DNA of 64,000 bases from contig JANJGN010000042.1 in the NCBI GenBank assembly GCA_026770705.1, forward strand, positions 6,138,001 to 6,202,000. Direction: 5' to 3'. The stretch's first letter is position 1, and every line of letters starts with the position of its first letter. The notes under the pieces were generated by a model. It worked only from the letters and a program-made list of their open reading frames with translations. It was not told the DNA's origin and made no database searches. Below, piece after piece: positions 62,300 to 64,000 of this stretch. Origin of the DNA: Isurus oxyrinchus (taxonomy: Eukaryota). Both the position numbers and the translations under genes were made by a program.

Positions 62300-64000
62300 G
62301 GAGTTGCTGAATCTTCAAGTTACCAGTAAGAGATCCAGTTTGAATTCCTGAATTGGCATGAGGTTTTTTTGAAGCAGTGAGACTGCAATATGGCTTTGGC
62401 AGTTGCTCAGAAATATTTGGGGGTTGACCTTATAACTTTGGGCTGGTTTTCGTAAGATAACTAAAGTTAAGTTAATGGAATTATTGGACAATTTACAATT
62501 GGGACAACCTGGAGGGGCTAAAGAAGCAGATACAATTGAAAGTACAGCACAGCACTTACAGTTGGAAATAATGACTGACAGTTGTGAGTCAAAGCTAGAA
62601 CCATTCCGTTCTGTTAGAAATGAAGAGGCTTGAGTTTGAAAACTCAAAGGAACTGAGAAAACCTGAATTGGAGGCAAACGAAAAGAAAGAAAATTGGAAA
62701 TTGGAAAAAAAAAGAAACTGGAACAGAAGGTAGCAGATAAAGAAAGGGAAAAGGGGAGATTATTTCCAAAAAATGGAAATGTTAAAACTTGATCTCCAGA
62801 GGGAAAAGTTAGCAATGGAGGAGAGAATGAAGGAAAGAGGCTGAGAGTATCGGCTTAAAAAAAGCTGGATTTCAAAAATGAGACAGCAGATGCTGAGGAA
62901 AGTTCTAAGGAAGAAAGAAAACCTTTAGAATAAAACGCAGTGAGGCGTTTTTTACATTTTTACAATGTCTTCCAAAGTTTGAGGAAAGGGATGTGGAAGC
63001 TTTCTTTATTTAATTTAAGAGGATAGCTAAAGAGATGGAATGACCACAGGGAAACTAGGCATTGTTGTTACAATCCAGGTTGGTGGTAGAGCACATGAGG
63101 TTTGTGCTTCACTTACAGAAGAAATATCGGTGAAATATTCAGCGGTTAAAAAAAGTTATATTGTGTAAATTCGAGTTGGTTCCCGAGGCATACAGGCGGA
63201 AATGTGAGAAAATAGCCTGGGGAAACTTATACTGGGATTGGAATAGTAAAACAATGTATTTTGTATCGGTCGATACGAGCATTAAAAATAAAAATACAAT
63301 ATATTGAGCTCTTAGAGAGCTAATTCTATTGGATGAATCTAAAGATTCAATTCCTTTGGCAGGAAGAACTCATGAGGAGGACCAAAGAGTTGAAATGGTA
63401 AGACATGCAGCAGAGAAAGCTGAAGATTAAGAGTTATTTCATAGAGCTAAATATTTATTTCATCAATGTTTTAAATCAGACAAAGATAGAAAGTGGGAGG
63501 AAGCGAAATGAATGTGGGCCGTCAGGTAAGAGGAGTAGGTGGAAATTCACTGGCAGTTTATTTCAGGATGAAAAGAAAGGTGCTGAGGATAGCAGCAACA
63601 TTCTAAAATGGCGGTGGTTTCATTGTAGTCAAATTGAGCATACGAAACCTGTGTGCTGGAAATTGCAGGGAAAATCTGTTGGAATTATATGTGTCCAAAA
63701 ATATTCTGGAAGTAAAAGTACTGTGGTTCAGAGGTTCAGTAACGGGAAAAAAACAATGGTTGGTGTACACATAAATCACGGAGAAACAATGATATGTAAA
63801 CAAGTGGGAATATGTTCACAAGTTGCCCAAGAGAATTCGGAGAATCAAGTTGCAGAAATGTTTAAAGGTGTTATGTGTGAAGGGGAATACGTCCCATGTG
63901 TACTGTTGGAATTTTAAGAGGCACAAGGGCCAGTGAATTCTTAAAGTTTTTGGATAATGATATTTGTTGTTCAGAGGGAGTATTGCAGGAACGAATGATA
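62300..64000 (+). mobile_element. Decayed Gmr1-like Gypsy LTR retrotransposon gag (SCAN-like capsid, zinc knuckle) and protease start
   Basis: E/K/R-rich coiled coil, LPKFEERDVEAFF..KRIAKEME*P, GRAHEVCASL, FELVPEAYRRK, knuckle remnant FHCSQIEHTKPVCWKL and protease-like ILRGTRAS (compare ILRDTGAS). Confidence 0.75.

Noticed and set aside
1-64000. Prokaryotic-type systems (operons, CRISPR arrays, defence islands)
   Set aside because: The sequence is vertebrate, with spliced Ig exons and LINEs. I saw no regularly spaced repeat-spacer array or dense gene packing.

Overview
This is eukaryotic DNA from a cartilaginous fish (shark-like), not a prokaryote, so most ORF-track entries are spurious or transposon debris. 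The only host gene I can support is the 3' half of an immunoglobulin heavy-chain cluster, best matching IgNAR (IgW not fully excluded). It has four phase-1 constant exons (C2 2683-2988, C3 3076-3393, C4 6852-7172, C5 plus secretory tailpiece 7618-8000), a TM1 exon (12816-12973) and a TM2 micro-exon coding VK-stop (21241-21249). V(D)J and C1 lie upstream of the window. The ~13-15 kb block carrying TM1 and TM2 is tandemly duplicated (12391-27260 vs 30929-44040); the second copy has no C exons, and its TM1 carries a single +1 frameshift in an A-run. The rest is nested transposable elements: many CR1 LINEs, a second LINE family whose 5' end is a tRNA-like Pol III head, SINEs, a Penelope-like GIY-YIG element with inverted arms and a hammerhead-ribozyme-like motif, a decayed endogenous retrovirus whose env has a long paramyxovirus-F-like (lokiretrovirus-like) layout, and a Gmr1-type Gypsy element at the right edge. 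Exon boundaries were read base by base; TE boundaries are approximate, and all family names rest on motif recognition, not database searches.
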